Numbered from the stretch's first letter, positions 34,910-45,678 are shown. The stretch: DNA of 64,000 bases from an uncultured archaeon (GCA_964632315.1 CAZWEM010000007.1:16571-80570); one strand, 5' to 3'. Program-made: numbers and translations. Notes: generated by a model not told the origin, from the letters alone.

Positions 34910-35431
34910 TTAAGTATAACGACCTCTTAATAATCCAAGTACGATTAAATTTATTGTACAAATCCCATTTATTATGATTTGGATTATTATATTAGAGACT
35001 TGTTTTGGTGAAACGAACCAAAAAGCGAGAGGAGTAAATATTTCTGCCGTTATCCAACAAAATAGAGTTATCAAATATGCATAAAAAAAATTTCTTCTAT
35101 ACCTCGAAATTTTGAAAGAATGATCGGTTTTTGTAAGAAGAACCAATGCCGCTCTTCCAATGTCGGAAAAAGTGTACTTTGAATCTCTTTGAGTTAATAA
35201 TTCTTTCATGCTTTTAAGATGATAGGAGAGGGTTGGACTATCAATTGAACCCAACTCCATCTGAATTTGGCTAAATGTTAAATCTCGTTCTCCTAAAACT
35301 TTTATAATATTTCTCCGAATGGGATGGGTTAACAACTTGAAAATCTCATCTTCTTTGGAACTTTCATCCGTGTTCGGTTTATTTTTTAACATTTGTTTCA
35401 ATATTGTAAGTAATATTTTTTTTGCTTTCAA
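34910..35431 (-). CDS. ArsR-like wHTH regulator with two C-terminal TM helices
   Basis: IFKLLTHPIRRNIIKVL...SPTLSYHLKSM...YTFSDIG followed by two hydrophobic segments. Confidence 0.85.
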   Translation of the reverse strand: MKAKKILLTILKQMLKNKPNTDESSKEDEIFKLLTHPIRRNIIKVLGERDLTFSQIQMELGSIDSPTLSYHLKSMKELLTQRDSKYTFSDIGRAALVLLTKTDHSFKISRYRRNFFYAYLITLFCWITAEIFTPLAFWFVSPKQVSNIIIQIIINGICTINLIVLGLLRGRYT

Positions 35432-35696
35432 GATAATATTTATATTCTGTTATATATACATTTTTCTCCTCCCCTTTATTACCAACTGGTATTTCGCTTT
35501 TCTATCAATTTTTTTCAATTATATCTCTTTTAAAGGGTGAAATAATTACATATACTCTATGTGCATCGATACTATTAATACTTAATTTCCAAAAATAATG
35601 GATTATACTCTTTTGTCAAAAATGGAATTTATACGAATATTGAACTTCCTAAAAGTACAATCTAAGATAAACAATCAACAAATAACTGTACTATCT

Positions 35697-36095
35697 TTAT
35701 TTGGGTTTCCATTGTTGGAAATATTGAAACAATTCTATAAGATTTCCCGAAGGATCTAAAAGAAGGATTTGTTTACCTCCTACTCCGATAACTATATCAT
35801 TGCGAAACTTGCCACCAAGTTTTTTAAGTTCTTCGACTTTTAAATCTAAATCATCAATTTCAATTGATATTCTGTTCCATCCTCCTGGTGATTGCATTGT
35901 ACCATCTGACATTTTCTGTCCTCCCCCACCCTTTTCACTCGGTTTTGTAAGATATAATCTAACACCACTTTGCTTCACAATCGCGAATTCCGGAGCTGGA
36001 TGCATAATTAATTTGAAGTTTAACAGTTTAGTGTAAAATTCGATAGCTGAATCAACATCATTAACAATATAACGAACACTTATATTACTTTCCAA
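35697..36095 (-). CDS. VOC/glyoxalase family protein
   Basis: VRYIVNDVDSAIEFY, PGGWNRI, DPSGNLIELF. Confidence 0.9.
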   Translation of the reverse strand: MESNISVRYIVNDVDSAIEFYTKLLNFKLIMHPAPEFAIVKQSGVRLYLTKPSEKGGGGQKMSDGTMQSPGGWNRISIEIDDLDLKVEELKKLGGKFRNDIVIGVGGKQILLLDPSGNLIELFQYFQQWKPK

Positions 36096-36367
36096 TGTAG
36101 TACCTCTGTTATTTATTAATTTAATGGTACAGAAATCTATGATAATTGTTGAATATAAAAAAGTTACTATTATTACTTATACTAATTATCTCGATTGTGT
36201 TTCATATTTAAAAGAACACTATTCAGTTTCAATCTCAACGTATTGATTTCTCAATTCATATTTTTGTATAAAAGATTAGTAAATTCCCAAATTAGAAATG
36301 TACAAAATATAATTCAAATTCTTGATTTCTCTTATAATCATTTTTATCGATTTATTCATAGATAAAT

Positions 36368-36565
36368 AATATTTAGGAATATACTGCCAATTGGTTATAT
36401 ATTGAGAGGAGTTAAATATACGAATATCCAAAATTATCTCAAAATAAGCAAATCATAAAAAAGACTGCCTTTCTTTTTTGTAGTCCCCCTCTTTGATTTA
36501 ATATATTTGGTTATGTGAGCTTATATATTTGTTCTACAGTTCTGCTCATTTTCCATAAAAAATAA
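36368..36565. repeat. Copy B of the diverged ~200-bp intergenic direct repeat
   Basis: Collinear with 34684-34883 and in the same orientation. Confidence 0.85.
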
Positions 36566-36706
36566 CAATTTTGATTAAGATACTTACTCATATTTGAGTA
36601 TTGATTTAAAGCTTAGGTATTTCTATTTTTTATTACTCCAAATATGATTATATTGATATTAAAATTACATTGATCTTGATTTGGCTTATTAAATATATTT
36701 CTACCG

Positions 36707-37351
36707 CTATTTAACTTTATATACTTTTTTCTCCTCCCCTTTATTGCCAACCTGTATCTCACTTTCCCCTCCATTTTTTTCAATAAAATCTCTTATGAGA
36801 GGTGATATAATGTCATATACTTTATGTGCATCAACATCATCAGTACTTAATATCCAAAAACTAATATGATGGTTTCCCTTGTCATAATCATCTATTTCAC
36901 GAGGATAATACATCAATTCTTCTTCAATTTTATATTCTAGATCTTCAACAAAACAATTCTTCAATTCTTTATTAATTTTCTTTTCTGTTTTCCATGTTAC
37001 TCTAATTATTTCTATATCCATTGGTTCCTCCTCTTCTTTTTCTACACGCTTAAGTTCTTGATCGAACCATTCTCTATACTTTTTAACAGCTTCTTCATAC
37101 TCTGATTCTGAGAACTCGGTAAATATTCCTTTTGTCTTATTTCCTTGAGTTTTACAATATTGTAATTTAGTTTTTTCTTTCATTTTTCCATTTAAAATCA
37201 ATGTTTTAATAGTAGTTCTGAGCTCATCATAACTCGCTATTTCCCGTTGCCTAAAATCAATCCAGGAAATTAGTTGCCACAATTCAATAGGATCTTCTGG
37301 TTTATTATTTTCTAAAACCCAAAGAATATCTTTTTCAAATTTCATAATCAC
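36707..37351 (-). CDS. Hypothetical protein
   Basis: 214-aa acidic ORF; no recognised motif. Confidence 0.6.
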   Translation of the reverse strand: MIMKFEKDILWVLENNKPEDPIELWQLISWIDFRQREIASYDELRTTIKTLILNGKMKEKTKLQYCKTQGNKTKGIFTEFSESEYEEAVKKYREWFDQELKRVEKEEEEPMDIEIIRVTWKTEKKINKELKNCFVEDLEYKIEEELMYYPREIDDYDKGNHHISFWILSTDDVDAHKVYDIISPLIRDFIEKNGGESEIQVGNKGEEKKVYKVK

Positions 37352-37654
37352 TACATTTTCTTCTCTTTTTAATCAGTCGAACTCTTTTCTATTTACTACA
37401 TAAAGTAGTTTTTAGTTTTTACGCCTAAATGTTAATTAGGATATAAAAACAAGAAAATATCTTTAAATCTTATGGTACATAAATAAATGAAGGAAAAACC
37501 CGAGATCGTTGATAAAACCTAAAAATTTATCTTTTTTTAGTAGAGAAAGAATAAATTTAAGTTAATTAGTTACATTAAACATCGTTCTCTATTTGACAAA
37601 AGTTTTATGAAATATTAAAAATTTTTATTTTCAATCATTAAGAAAGGTTTTTTC

Positions 37655-38911
37655 GTGTCATTCTCGAGTAGATCAGTGGATAAAAAGTTAAAATCTAACC
37701 ATAATACTATTCGCGCGTGGCCTTTATTCGTTATTTCATTCATAAGATTGTTTTACTCCTCAATATTCGATAGAGCTTTACTAAATCATCTTTATTTTGC
37801 GATAGGAATTGATGAAAGCACTTTAGGAATTATTTCTTCTGCTGGAGCACTAGCTTACATATTTACACCCTTGATTGGCCAACAAATAACAAAGAAAACG
37901 GGGATTCGTAATGCACTTATAATATCTTGCATTTCCACTCCTATTCTTACTTTTGTTCAAATAATATATTTTGAAATTTGGTATCTGATTTTGATTAGAG
38001 TAATGCTAAGTTTAGCAATCGGTTTGAATTGGCCGAATTGTTTTAATTTATTGAGCAAGTGGCAAGAAGTTAGCAATCCAGAAAAAGCAAGTAGGCATTT
38101 TAACTACTTTAATTTCTCTTGGAATGTTGGTTTTATTGGAGGTCTTCTTACGGGATATTTATGGGCGTTTGTATGGAACGATTATTTTGCGATGGTGATT
38201 TCATTTTTTATCTCGTTCCTATTGATACCTTTCTCTTTCTATTTGCAAGATGTTCCAAGCCAGAAAGCATTATATTTTGTTCCAATGGATGAAATTGTTG
38301 AAAAATTACCACCAGTTACAGAAGACAAAGATCCTAAAGTGGAGACAATGATGATGGCCTTTCCAATATTGTTCTCATGGATAGGTTTGGTCATGATGTC
38401 GATCTCGAAATCAATTGTCATCTTCAGTTATCCAATAATAATTAAAGATATTAATGAGAATCTCTCTGATCTTACATATCTAATACAAGCTGGAATTCAA
38501 ACAGGTCAGGTTCTTGGTATAACTTGGACTAATTCAATGAATCCTTCCCATCGCAAGCTTTCTGTTCCTATAAGTGTGATGGTAATTACATTTTCAATGC
38601 TCCTAATTTTTATTTTCAGACAAGTTGTTTTAATCAGCATAATAAGCATTTCTATGGGATTATTTTTCGGATTGATTCATGGAGTTTCCATGAAAATAAT
38701 GCTTGATTATGGCACAGCAAAAATTACCTCAAAGTATTCAACCATAAACGAAGTAATTATAGGTATGGGTTTTGGTATTACTCCAATAATTGCTGGTTAT
38801 GTCGCTGAAATAAGCATTTATTCAATGTTTTCATTTAATGTTTTGCTTGGAATTCCAATCTTCATTTACTTTATTTTAGTGTCAAAGAAAATAAAGTGGA
38901 GAAATAGTTAA
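37655..38911 (+). CDS. MFS transporter
   Basis: About 12 TM helices in 6+6 arrangement, with GQQITKKTGIR in the motif A position. Confidence 0.85.
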   Translation: MSFSSRSVDKKLKSNHNTIRAWPLFVISFIRLFYSSIFDRALLNHLYFAIGIDESTLGIISSAGALAYIFTPLIGQQITKKTGIRNALIISCISTPILTFVQIIYFEIWYLILIRVMLSLAIGLNWPNCFNLLSKWQEVSNPEKASRHFNYFNFSWNVGFIGGLLTGYLWAFVWNDYFAMVISFFISFLLIPFSFYLQDVPSQKALYFVPMDEIVEKLPPVTEDKDPKVETMMMAFPILFSWIGLVMMSISKSIVIFSYPIIIKDINENLSDLTYLIQAGIQTGQVLGITWTNSMNPSHRKLSVPISVMVITFSMLLIFIFRQVVLISIISISMGLFFGLIHGVSMKIMLDYGTAKITSKYSTINEVIIGMGFGITPIIAGYVAEISIYSMFSFNVLLGIPIFIYFILVSKKIKWRNS

Positions 38912-39057
38912 AGATGCATCCATGACGTTTAATAGGGTAAAATGAGCTAAATATTACAGTATTTACGTCTCCATAATCTTAAAGGAATGAAATATAACCA
39001 AAAGATTCTTAATTTTAGAAAGAGTTATTAATATAATATAGACAAGAGATAAATTAA

Positions 39058-40278
39058 ATGAATTATCGAGAAATGGGTTCTCTGGGATGGAAGGTATCTG
39101 CTCTTGGATTTGGTGCTATGAGATTACCTGTAGATCCAGAAACTAGAGAAGTAATTGAAGAAGATGCCATAAAAATGATACGTTATGCCATTGATAATGG
39201 TGTAAATTATGTAGACACTGCTTATCCTTATCATGATGGTAAAAGTGAAATTATTGTTGGAAAAGCCCTCCAAGATGGGTATCGAGAAAAAGTAACGCTT
39301 ACAACTAAACTTCCAATGTGGCTTGTTAAAGAAACGAGCGATTTTGATAGATATCTTAGTGAACAAATTGAAAGATTACAATCTACACCAGATATTTATC
39401 TATTTCATGGGTTAAATAAAGGACGACTTGAAAAAATCAAGGAGTTAAACTTAATAGAAAAGATGAAAGACGCACGTGCTAATGGTTTGTTTAAATTTAT
39501 CGGATTCTCGTTTCATGACGGATTGGATATTTTTAAAGAGATCATTGACTATTTTGATTGGGATTGTTGCCAAATTCAATTAAATTATTCGGATGTTAAT
39601 TATCAAGCGGGTTTAAGCGGTTTAGGATATGCAGCTGAAAAAGGAATAGCTGTCATTATTATGGAACCATTACGTGGGGGAAAATTGACCATTCCCGATG
39701 ATAAGCTACCAGATGTACCTGAAATTAAAAATGTGTTGGATAATGCAAAAATTAAAAGGACTATGGCAGACTGGGGTTTGCAATTCCTTTGGAATCGCCC
39801 AGAAGTGTCTGTTGTCTTGAGTGGGATGAGTAATCTACAACAAGTTAAAGAAAATGTTCGATCAGCTAGTAATTCAGGAATTGGCTCGCTAAGTGAAGAA
39901 GAATTGGCAATAATTAAAAATTTACAGAAAGCCTTTAAAAATTACCAGTTAATCCCTTGTACTAGCTGTGGGTATTGTATGCCTTGCCCTAATGGAGTTT
40001 CTATCAAAAATGTCATATATGTATTAAACGAGTTAGCATACTGGGGTGAAAATGGTAGGCAGAGAATTGCTTTCTTTTATGACCGGATGGCAAAATCGCA
40101 AGAAGAACTTGAAAAGAAAATTTCAGAAGGAGAAGAAGCGGATGGATCAGCGGTCTTATGTATTGAATGTGGTGAATGTTTAGATAAATGTCCTCAGCAA
40201 ATTGACATTCCAGAATACATGAAAAAAGCAGTTGCCATCCTTAGCGAGGGTAAAAAAATCTCAGAAGTCCTTATATAG
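39058..40278 (+). CDS. Aldo/keto reductase with C-terminal 4Fe-4S domain
   Basis: LGFGAMRLP, YVDTAYPYH, TKLP, GFSFH, MEPLRGG, CTSCGYCMPCP, CIECGECLDKCP. Confidence 0.92.
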   Translation: MNYREMGSLGWKVSALGFGAMRLPVDPETREVIEEDAIKMIRYAIDNGVNYVDTAYPYHDGKSEIIVGKALQDGYREKVTLTTKLPMWLVKETSDFDRYLSEQIERLQSTPDIYLFHGLNKGRLEKIKELNLIEKMKDARANGLFKFIGFSFHDGLDIFKEIIDYFDWDCCQIQLNYSDVNYQAGLSGLGYAAEKGIAVIIMEPLRGGKLTIPDDKLPDVPEIKNVLDNAKIKRTMADWGLQFLWNRPEVSVVLSGMSNLQQVKENVRSASNSGIGSLSEEELAIIKNLQKAFKNYQLIPCTSCGYCMPCPNGVSIKNVIYVLNELAYWGENGRQRIAFFYDRMAKSQEELEKKISEGEEADGSAVLCIECGECLDKCPQQIDIPEYMKKAVAILSEGKKISEVLI

Positions 40279-40351
40279 AATTAATTAAACATGTTCGTCC
40301 TAAATTTTAATATCATTATTTTATATAATTAACTCATAATACTAAGAAAGT

Positions 40352-40678
40352 TTGAGGATTATGTCAAAGGAAGAAATTTTAAACTTAGATAAAATGTTAG
40401 CTTATCAAGAAGGGTCTGTTGTTAGCAGGGCGTTAATTAACAAGAATGAGGGAACGGTTACTCTATTTTCATTTGATAAAAATGAAGGATTGAGCGAGCA
40501 TTCCGCGCCATTCGATGCCTTAGTTTATGTATTCGAGGGAAAAGCAAAAATTACCATCTCTGGAGTAGATTATATTCTAGAAAAAGGTCAAATGATTACG
40601 ATGCCAGCAAATGAACCACATGCATTAAGTGCTATTGAAAAATTCAAAATGATGCTTATAATGATCAAATCTAATTAA
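40352..40678 (+). CDS. Cupin domain protein
   Basis: LSEHSAPFDA...EG...MPANEPHAL. Confidence 0.88.
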   Translation: MRIMSKEEILNLDKMLAYQEGSVVSRALINKNEGTVTLFSFDKNEGLSEHSAPFDALVYVFEGKAKITISGVDYILEKGQMITMPANEPHALSAIEKFKMMLIMIKSN

Positions 40679-40840
40679 TTCAATAATATAATCATGATTA
40701 TAATGTTCCTAATTGCCTTTAGAATAGTAGGAGCATACTAAAAAAACAATTTTTTTACTTTTTTTAAATTTTTCAGAAAATTTTACCGAGAATGCTTCAA
40801 AAAATTAATTTAAATCGAAAGTCTGCCTTTAATTATCAAG

Positions 40841-41269
40841 ATGAAAATTAATATAGATCCTGATAAGATTTTAAAAGTTTATACTGATGGAGCGGCTCGT
40901 GGAAATCCTGGTCCAGCAGCTTGTGCTTTTATAGTTGTTCAATCTTCTAGAATCCTATTCTCTGATGTAGAATACATCAATCATGCGACAAACAATGTGG
41001 CTGAGTACAAAGCAATAATTAATGCCTTAAATTTTGTTAAAGATACCTTCTCTGGTGAAATAGAAATTAATTCCGACAGTAATCTAGCGATACAGCAAAT
41101 AAACGGTAAATGGAAGATTAATTATCCGCATTTAGCAAAATTACAGAAAGAAGTTTTAACAATAAGTAAAAAATTTAAACAAGTAAGATTTACTCACGTT
41201 CCCAGAGAAAATCGCTTTATCAAAAAATGTGATGATTTATGTAATCATAAACTTGATGAACAATTATAA
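40841..41269 (+). CDS. rnhA: Ribonuclease HI
   Basis: YTDGAARGNPGPA, TNNVAEY, SDS, HVPRE.N..CD.LCN. Confidence 0.92.
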   Translation: MKINIDPDKILKVYTDGAARGNPGPAACAFIVVQSSRILFSDVEYINHATNNVAEYKAIINALNFVKDTFSGEIEINSDSNLAIQQINGKWKINYPHLAKLQKEVLTISKKFKQVRFTHVPRENRFIKKCDDLCNHKLDEQL

Positions 41270-41301
41270 ATTCCTTATTATTCTTTAATTATTAAGAAAG
41301 G

Positions 41302-41922
41302 GTGACAAATATGGTAATTAAATATGGATTTTTTAGAATTCCAATCATATTAGAAAAAGTATATGATACTACCTTAGAATTTTGGAGAAATAAAAATGGG
41401 AACATCATTGAAGAGGGAAATTCAAGTGATGGGGCAATCAAAATTTTGAAAATCCAACGTGGGATGTCTTTGAGTTCAAATGGGGAACATTATGTGATGA
41501 GATTCAAGTTTAATGAGCAGGAAGCAACCACATATGTTGCGATTGAAGTTTCTTTGTCATTTGGATATGGAATTCAATGGTTAACTCCACAAAAGCTTAT
41601 CAAGCAATGGGGTAGACAATTTGATTCCTATAGTTCTTTTAACCTCATACGAAATGGAGACATGAATAAATTCTTTGAATTCAAGAAACCCCCCTCAGTA
41701 GCAATAACAATTAAAAGTACCGAGCCAGAAATCATCTCGAATGCTATAACTCAAAAACAGTTTAAAGAAGAGATAAGTTATATTCAGCCTCAAAAAATTG
41801 GGAAGTACTTTGCGATTCGAAACGCTCCAAAAGTTAAAATAAATTTCTGTACTAATTGTGGTGCTGCAGCAAGCGAAGATCATCGATTCTGCGTAAACTG
41901 TGGACAAAAACTTAGGGAATAG
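41302..41922 (+). CDS. Hypothetical protein with C-terminal double zinc ribbon
   Basis: FCTNCG...FCVNCG at the C-terminus. Confidence 0.75.
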   Translation: MTNMVIKYGFFRIPIILEKVYDTTLEFWRNKNGNIIEEGNSSDGAIKILKIQRGMSLSSNGEHYVMRFKFNEQEATTYVAIEVSLSFGYGIQWLTPQKLIKQWGRQFDSYSSFNLIRNGDMNKFFEFKKPPSVAITIKSTEPEIISNAITQKQFKEEISYIQPQKIGKYFAIRNAPKVKINFCTNCGAAASEDHRFCVNCGQKLRE

Positions 41923-42006
41923 ATAAGGATTTTATCTATAGTTGAAAATTAATCTTTATTAAATCTCAAGGCAATATACACTATAATTACTTACTATTCG
42001 ATTTTT

Positions 42007-43377
42007 ATGAATAACATTAAAACTCCCCGAGATGAGAAAATTTCTTCGAAAAGAATTTTTGGATACGTTATAGGAACTGTACCGTTAATAATCTTAGCCG
42101 GTTTCTTTAGTCTGGTCTATGTGAATTTTTTCTATGACGATTTAAAACTCGATGAGGGGTTATGGATAATCGGTCTTATTATATATATGGTGGTAAATGC
42201 CTTAAATGACCCAATCGTTGGTTATTATAGCGATAATATGGATGTTAAGCGATGGGGAAGTAGACGCATTTTCTTTATAAAATATTTTAGTCCATTTCTG
42301 ATTGTTAGCTTCATTTTCATCTGGTTTCCTTGGAGTTTGGATAATCAAATCGTCATATTCCTTCATTTTGTCATAACAGTATGTACTTATGAGACGTTAT
42401 TTACAATCGTAACCATGACTTGGTATGCTCTTTTACCTGATATGACTTCAAATATTGATTCAAGGAATAAAATTGGATTGATAAGTGGTATAATAGGCTT
42501 TTTTGCGTCCATTCCTATAATGATAGTTCCATATATTATGGATAATCGATTCTTACTCCAGATAAGTAGTATCTTTGTAGCAGGAATCAGCTTGGTTTGC
42601 TACGTATTTGTAGTAAAATTTTCAAAAGAGACTCCAGAATATCAGCACGACAAAAGCCCACCATTATTAAAAGCAGTTAAGCAAACTTTGAAGTCAAAAA
42701 GCTACATTTTATTTATGGGATATAATTTTGCTGCCATATTGCAAACTTCTGTAGGTTTATCCTATTTGTTCGTGTACTCATTGATTCTGGGATCTGAAGG
42801 GATATTATATTTCTTTTTAATTTATATATTAGTTGGATATTCTTCAAACATTATCTGTGTGAAATTACGCTTTAAATATGGCATGAAAAAGATTATGATG
42901 TCCTATATGTCATTACAAATAATCGGAGGGACCATATCGTTTTTAATGATCCTTAATCCTGCAACAGAATGGTTTATCTGGATTGGAATCCTATGGACTA
43001 GCTTCTTTGGTGGATCTGGTGTCTTTTCAACTTCACTACAAACCCTACCAATAGATGAAGACGAGTTAAAATACGGTTCACGACGAGAGGGTATGTTTTT
43101 TGGAGTGAATGCATTATTCACAATGCCCGCTTATAGTATTGGCCCAATCATTGCAACTTTCATCCTGGGCGTTCTCAACTATATAAGAGATGCTCCAGTC
43201 GAAGTTCAACCAGCTTCTGCTATCATTGGAATTAAGTTTCTTTTTTTTATGTTACCACAGATATTCACCGCAATAGCATTGCTTTTTATTGCATTTTACC
43301 CTGCGGCATATCTTGAAAGTAATGAGTTCCAAGATCAGCTTAGTTTACTTCATAATAAAAAAAAAGAATCATTTTAA
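42007..43377 (+). CDS. MFS transporter, glycoside-pentoside-hexuronide (MelB-like) family
   Basis: NALNDPIVGYYSD, GSRR, ALLPDMT, IDEDELKYGSRREGMFFG. Confidence 0.9.
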   Translation: MNNIKTPRDEKISSKRIFGYVIGTVPLIILAGFFSLVYVNFFYDDLKLDEGLWIIGLIIYMVVNALNDPIVGYYSDNMDVKRWGSRRIFFIKYFSPFLIVSFIFIWFPWSLDNQIVIFLHFVITVCTYETLFTIVTMTWYALLPDMTSNIDSRNKIGLISGIIGFFASIPIMIVPYIMDNRFLLQISSIFVAGISLVCYVFVVKFSKETPEYQHDKSPPLLKAVKQTLKSKSYILFMGYNFAAILQTSVGLSYLFVYSLILGSEGILYFFLIYILVGYSSNIICVKLRFKYGMKKIMMSYMSLQIIGGTISFLMILNPATEWFIWIGILWTSFFGGSGVFSTSLQTLPIDEDELKYGSRREGMFFGVNALFTMPAYSIGPIIATFILGVLNYIRDAPVEVQPASAIIGIKFLFFMLPQIFTAIALLFIAFYPAAYLESNEFQDQLSLLHNKKKESF

Positions 43378-43450
43378 TCCGTTAATTTGATTTTTTATTT
43401 ATTTTTTCATATCTCTTTTCAGATTGAAACGTTTATATTAAAAAATTATC

Positions 43451-43605
43451 CGTAAAAAGGTCGGTAAAACGAATAAAATGCATCTAATTATTTGATTCCC
43501 GAATATGATTCGATATATTTAAATAAAATAAATCCATATTCTATTATGTAAATCATTGTAAAATAAAGTTCATAGTTTAATTAAAAATAATCGAATTTTA
43601 TTCGA
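43451..43605. promoter_or_regulatory. Cluster of 13-bp palindromes (CGAAT-N3-ATTCG type), candidate Lrp/FFRP operators
   Basis: CGAAT-AAA-ATGCA 43470-82, CGAAT-ATG-ATTCG 43500-12, CGAAT-TTT-ATTCG 43592-604. TATA-like TTTAAATA near 43518. Confidence 0.55.
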
Positions 43606-43609
43606 ATAG

Positions 43610-43840
43610 GTGAAAATTTTGGTTAAATGTCCAAAGTGTGGAATGGAGTATAGTTTGGGTACAAGAATATATCATTCTTGTGAAGATTATGAAATCTGTC
43701 ATGGGGTAGTATTTGGGGATGATAGGGTTTGCAGACCTTGGAATTGCAACCCAATTGAAGATTATAACCCCCCCGAAATTAATTTAGAAGCGGATTCTAC
43801 CTATCGAGATGAAAATATGGTTTTAAGCATCAAACAATAA
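43610..43840 (+). CDS. Small Cys-rich putative zinc-binding protein
   Basis: CPKCG...HSC...C...C...C; GTG start. Confidence 0.55.
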   Translation: MKILVKCPKCGMEYSLGTRIYHSCEDYEICHGVVFGDDRVCRPWNCNPIEDYNPPEINLEADSTYRDENMVLSIKQ

Positions 43841-43866
43841 TCACATTTCCCTCTTTTTTATAAATC

Positions 43867-44292
43867 TTAGATATTCGAAAGTTTTACAGTTATGAAAAAG
43901 AAGTTTACGATGGAACTCATTATATCATAAAATTCTTTTATCTCCAAAGGTTTATTTATATAGCAGTTAGCATGTAAGTCATAAGCTTTAATTAAATCTT
44001 CCTCATTAGTTGAAATCGTTAATATTATTACTGGAATTCGTCTAAATTTTTCATGTTCTTTTATTTCCTTTAAAACTTCAAGCCCTGTCATTTTAGGTAA
44101 ATTAAGGTCTAAAAAGATGAGATCAGGACGAGATTTTTTTTCTAGGAAGTTTAATGCCTCAACTCCATTGTGAACTACGTGAATTTCGTTGACAATCTCA
44201 TTTCTATTTAGTGCTTCTTTTGTAAGACTAATGTCAGCCGGATTATCTTCCACTAACAATATTCTGAACTTCTTATTCTGTTGATCATTCAT
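43867..44292 (-). CDS. Stand-alone response regulator (REC only, Rcp1-like)
   Basis: LLVEDNPAD, LDLNLP, ILTIS, AYDLHANCYINKP. Confidence 0.93.
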   Translation of the reverse strand: MNDQQNKKFRILLVEDNPADISLTKEALNRNEIVNEIHVVHNGVEALNFLEKKSRPDLIFLDLNLPKMTGLEVLKEIKEHEKFRRIPVIILTISTNEEDLIKAYDLHANCYINKPLEIKEFYDIMSSIVNFFFITVKLSNI

Positions 44293-45374
44293 GGATTACG
44301 CTCTCCTCGCTGAGGATTCTTAATTTTCTTAGTTTTAATTGTAAAATAAAAGGTAGAACCTTTTCCAAGTTCTGATTCCACCCATACTTCCCCACCATAT
44401 CTCTGAACGATTTTTTTACATATTGGTAGTCCTATCCCTGTTCCGGGATATTCTTCTTTTGTATGTAGTCGATAAAATATATTATATAGTCGATCGTGAT
44501 ATTTCGGATCTATTCCAATACCATTATCCTTAATTGAAAAAATCCAGTAATTGCTTAATCTTTTCACTCCTATGTGGATTTTTGGAGGGTCTACATTACG
44601 AAATTTAATCGCATTACTTAGAAAGTTTTGAAATAATTGTAAGAATTGTATACGATCGACTTTTAAAGTAGGTAGTGGATCATGAGTAATAACTGCTCCA
44701 CTTTCTTTTATTGCTTCTTGTAAATTAAAAATAACATCATTTAAAATGGGTTCAAGGTCATGCCATTCTATTGGATTTGCTTGGGTTGTGATTCTAGAAT
44801 AGCTTAATAAATCTTTTATGAGAACGTTCATCTTTTTCGCTCCATCTGTAATAAAGTATATATATTCTTTACCATCCTCATCTAATTTATCATGATACTT
44901 TTCCTCGAGAAGTTGAGAAAAACTAATGATCGCTCTTAGAGGTTCCTGTAGATCATGAGATGCCACATAAGCGAATTGTTGAAGATCTTCATTTGATCGC
45001 TTTAAATCTTTAATAATCTCATTTAATTCTAATTCTTTCTTTAAAATTTTCTCAGATAAAAATGCGATTACTACACCAACTATTAGGACTGAAATCTTGA
45101 TTGAAAAGCCGTTTATCGCATCTTCACCAAAAAAAGACACACCTTGAGAAATTTGGACAATCAACAAAAATAATATTAAAAAAATAGGAATAGTAAGCCC
45201 TTTTCTCTTCCACCACAAAGTAGCTAAAATGGTAGGAAAATAGAAAAAATTAACAATATAAAAATTGATTTTAAGTATTACTTCAAAGTAGATAACTAAT
45301 AAGCAAGAGATTACTATTAAAGCTATTATTATCCCAAATTTTATGCATTCCTTTCGATCATTTAAGCTTATCAT
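44289..45374 (-). CDS. Membrane-anchored sensor histidine kinase
   Basis: N-terminal TM helices; H-box FAYVASHDLQEPLR; N-box NFLSNAIKF; DNGIG; GTGIGL; GKGSTFYF. Confidence 0.95.
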   Translation of the reverse strand: MISLNDRKECIKFGIIIALIVISCLLVIYFEVILKINFYIVNFFYFPTILATLWWKRKGLTIPIFLILFLLIVQISQGVSFFGEDAINGFSIKISVLIVGVVIAFLSEKILKKELELNEIIKDLKRSNEDLQQFAYVASHDLQEPLRAIISFSQLLEEKYHDKLDEDGKEYIYFITDGAKKMNVLIKDLLSYSRITTQANPIEWHDLEPILNDVIFNLQEAIKESGAVITHDPLPTLKVDRIQFLQLFQNFLSNAIKFRNVDPPKIHIGVKRLSNYWIFSIKDNGIGIDPKYHDRLYNIFYRLHTKEEYPGTGIGLPICKKIVQRYGGEVWVESELGKGSTFYFTIKTKKIKNPQRGERNP

Positions 45375-45561
45375 TTATAATCAAGCAAGCTACACGTTCT
45401 AAAGCTCCCTATATATGAAAATGAATTTATCTATTTAAATATCGTAGTGATAAATCGTATAATTACAAATTTGATTCATTTTTTTTTTAATTTTCCGAAT
45501 GAAAAATAGGTGAATAACATATTTCATTGATTAACTTCCATCTTACCAATCAAATCATTGT

Positions 45562-45635
45562 TGAAAGAATTTCGAAAAAACTGATTGAATTGATCTCTTG
45601 ATGGACTAATTATATATAAAAATGAATATTATTCA
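45562..45635. promoter_or_regulatory. Promoter of the REC-Lrp gene with 13-bp palindromes
   Basis: TGAAA-GAA-TTTCG 45562-74, TATA-like TATATATAAA 45611-20, TGAAT-ATT-ATTCA 45623-35. Confidence 0.5.
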
Positions 45636-45678
45636 GAATTACTATTATTAATATAAATAAAGGGAGAAGACTCTTACA

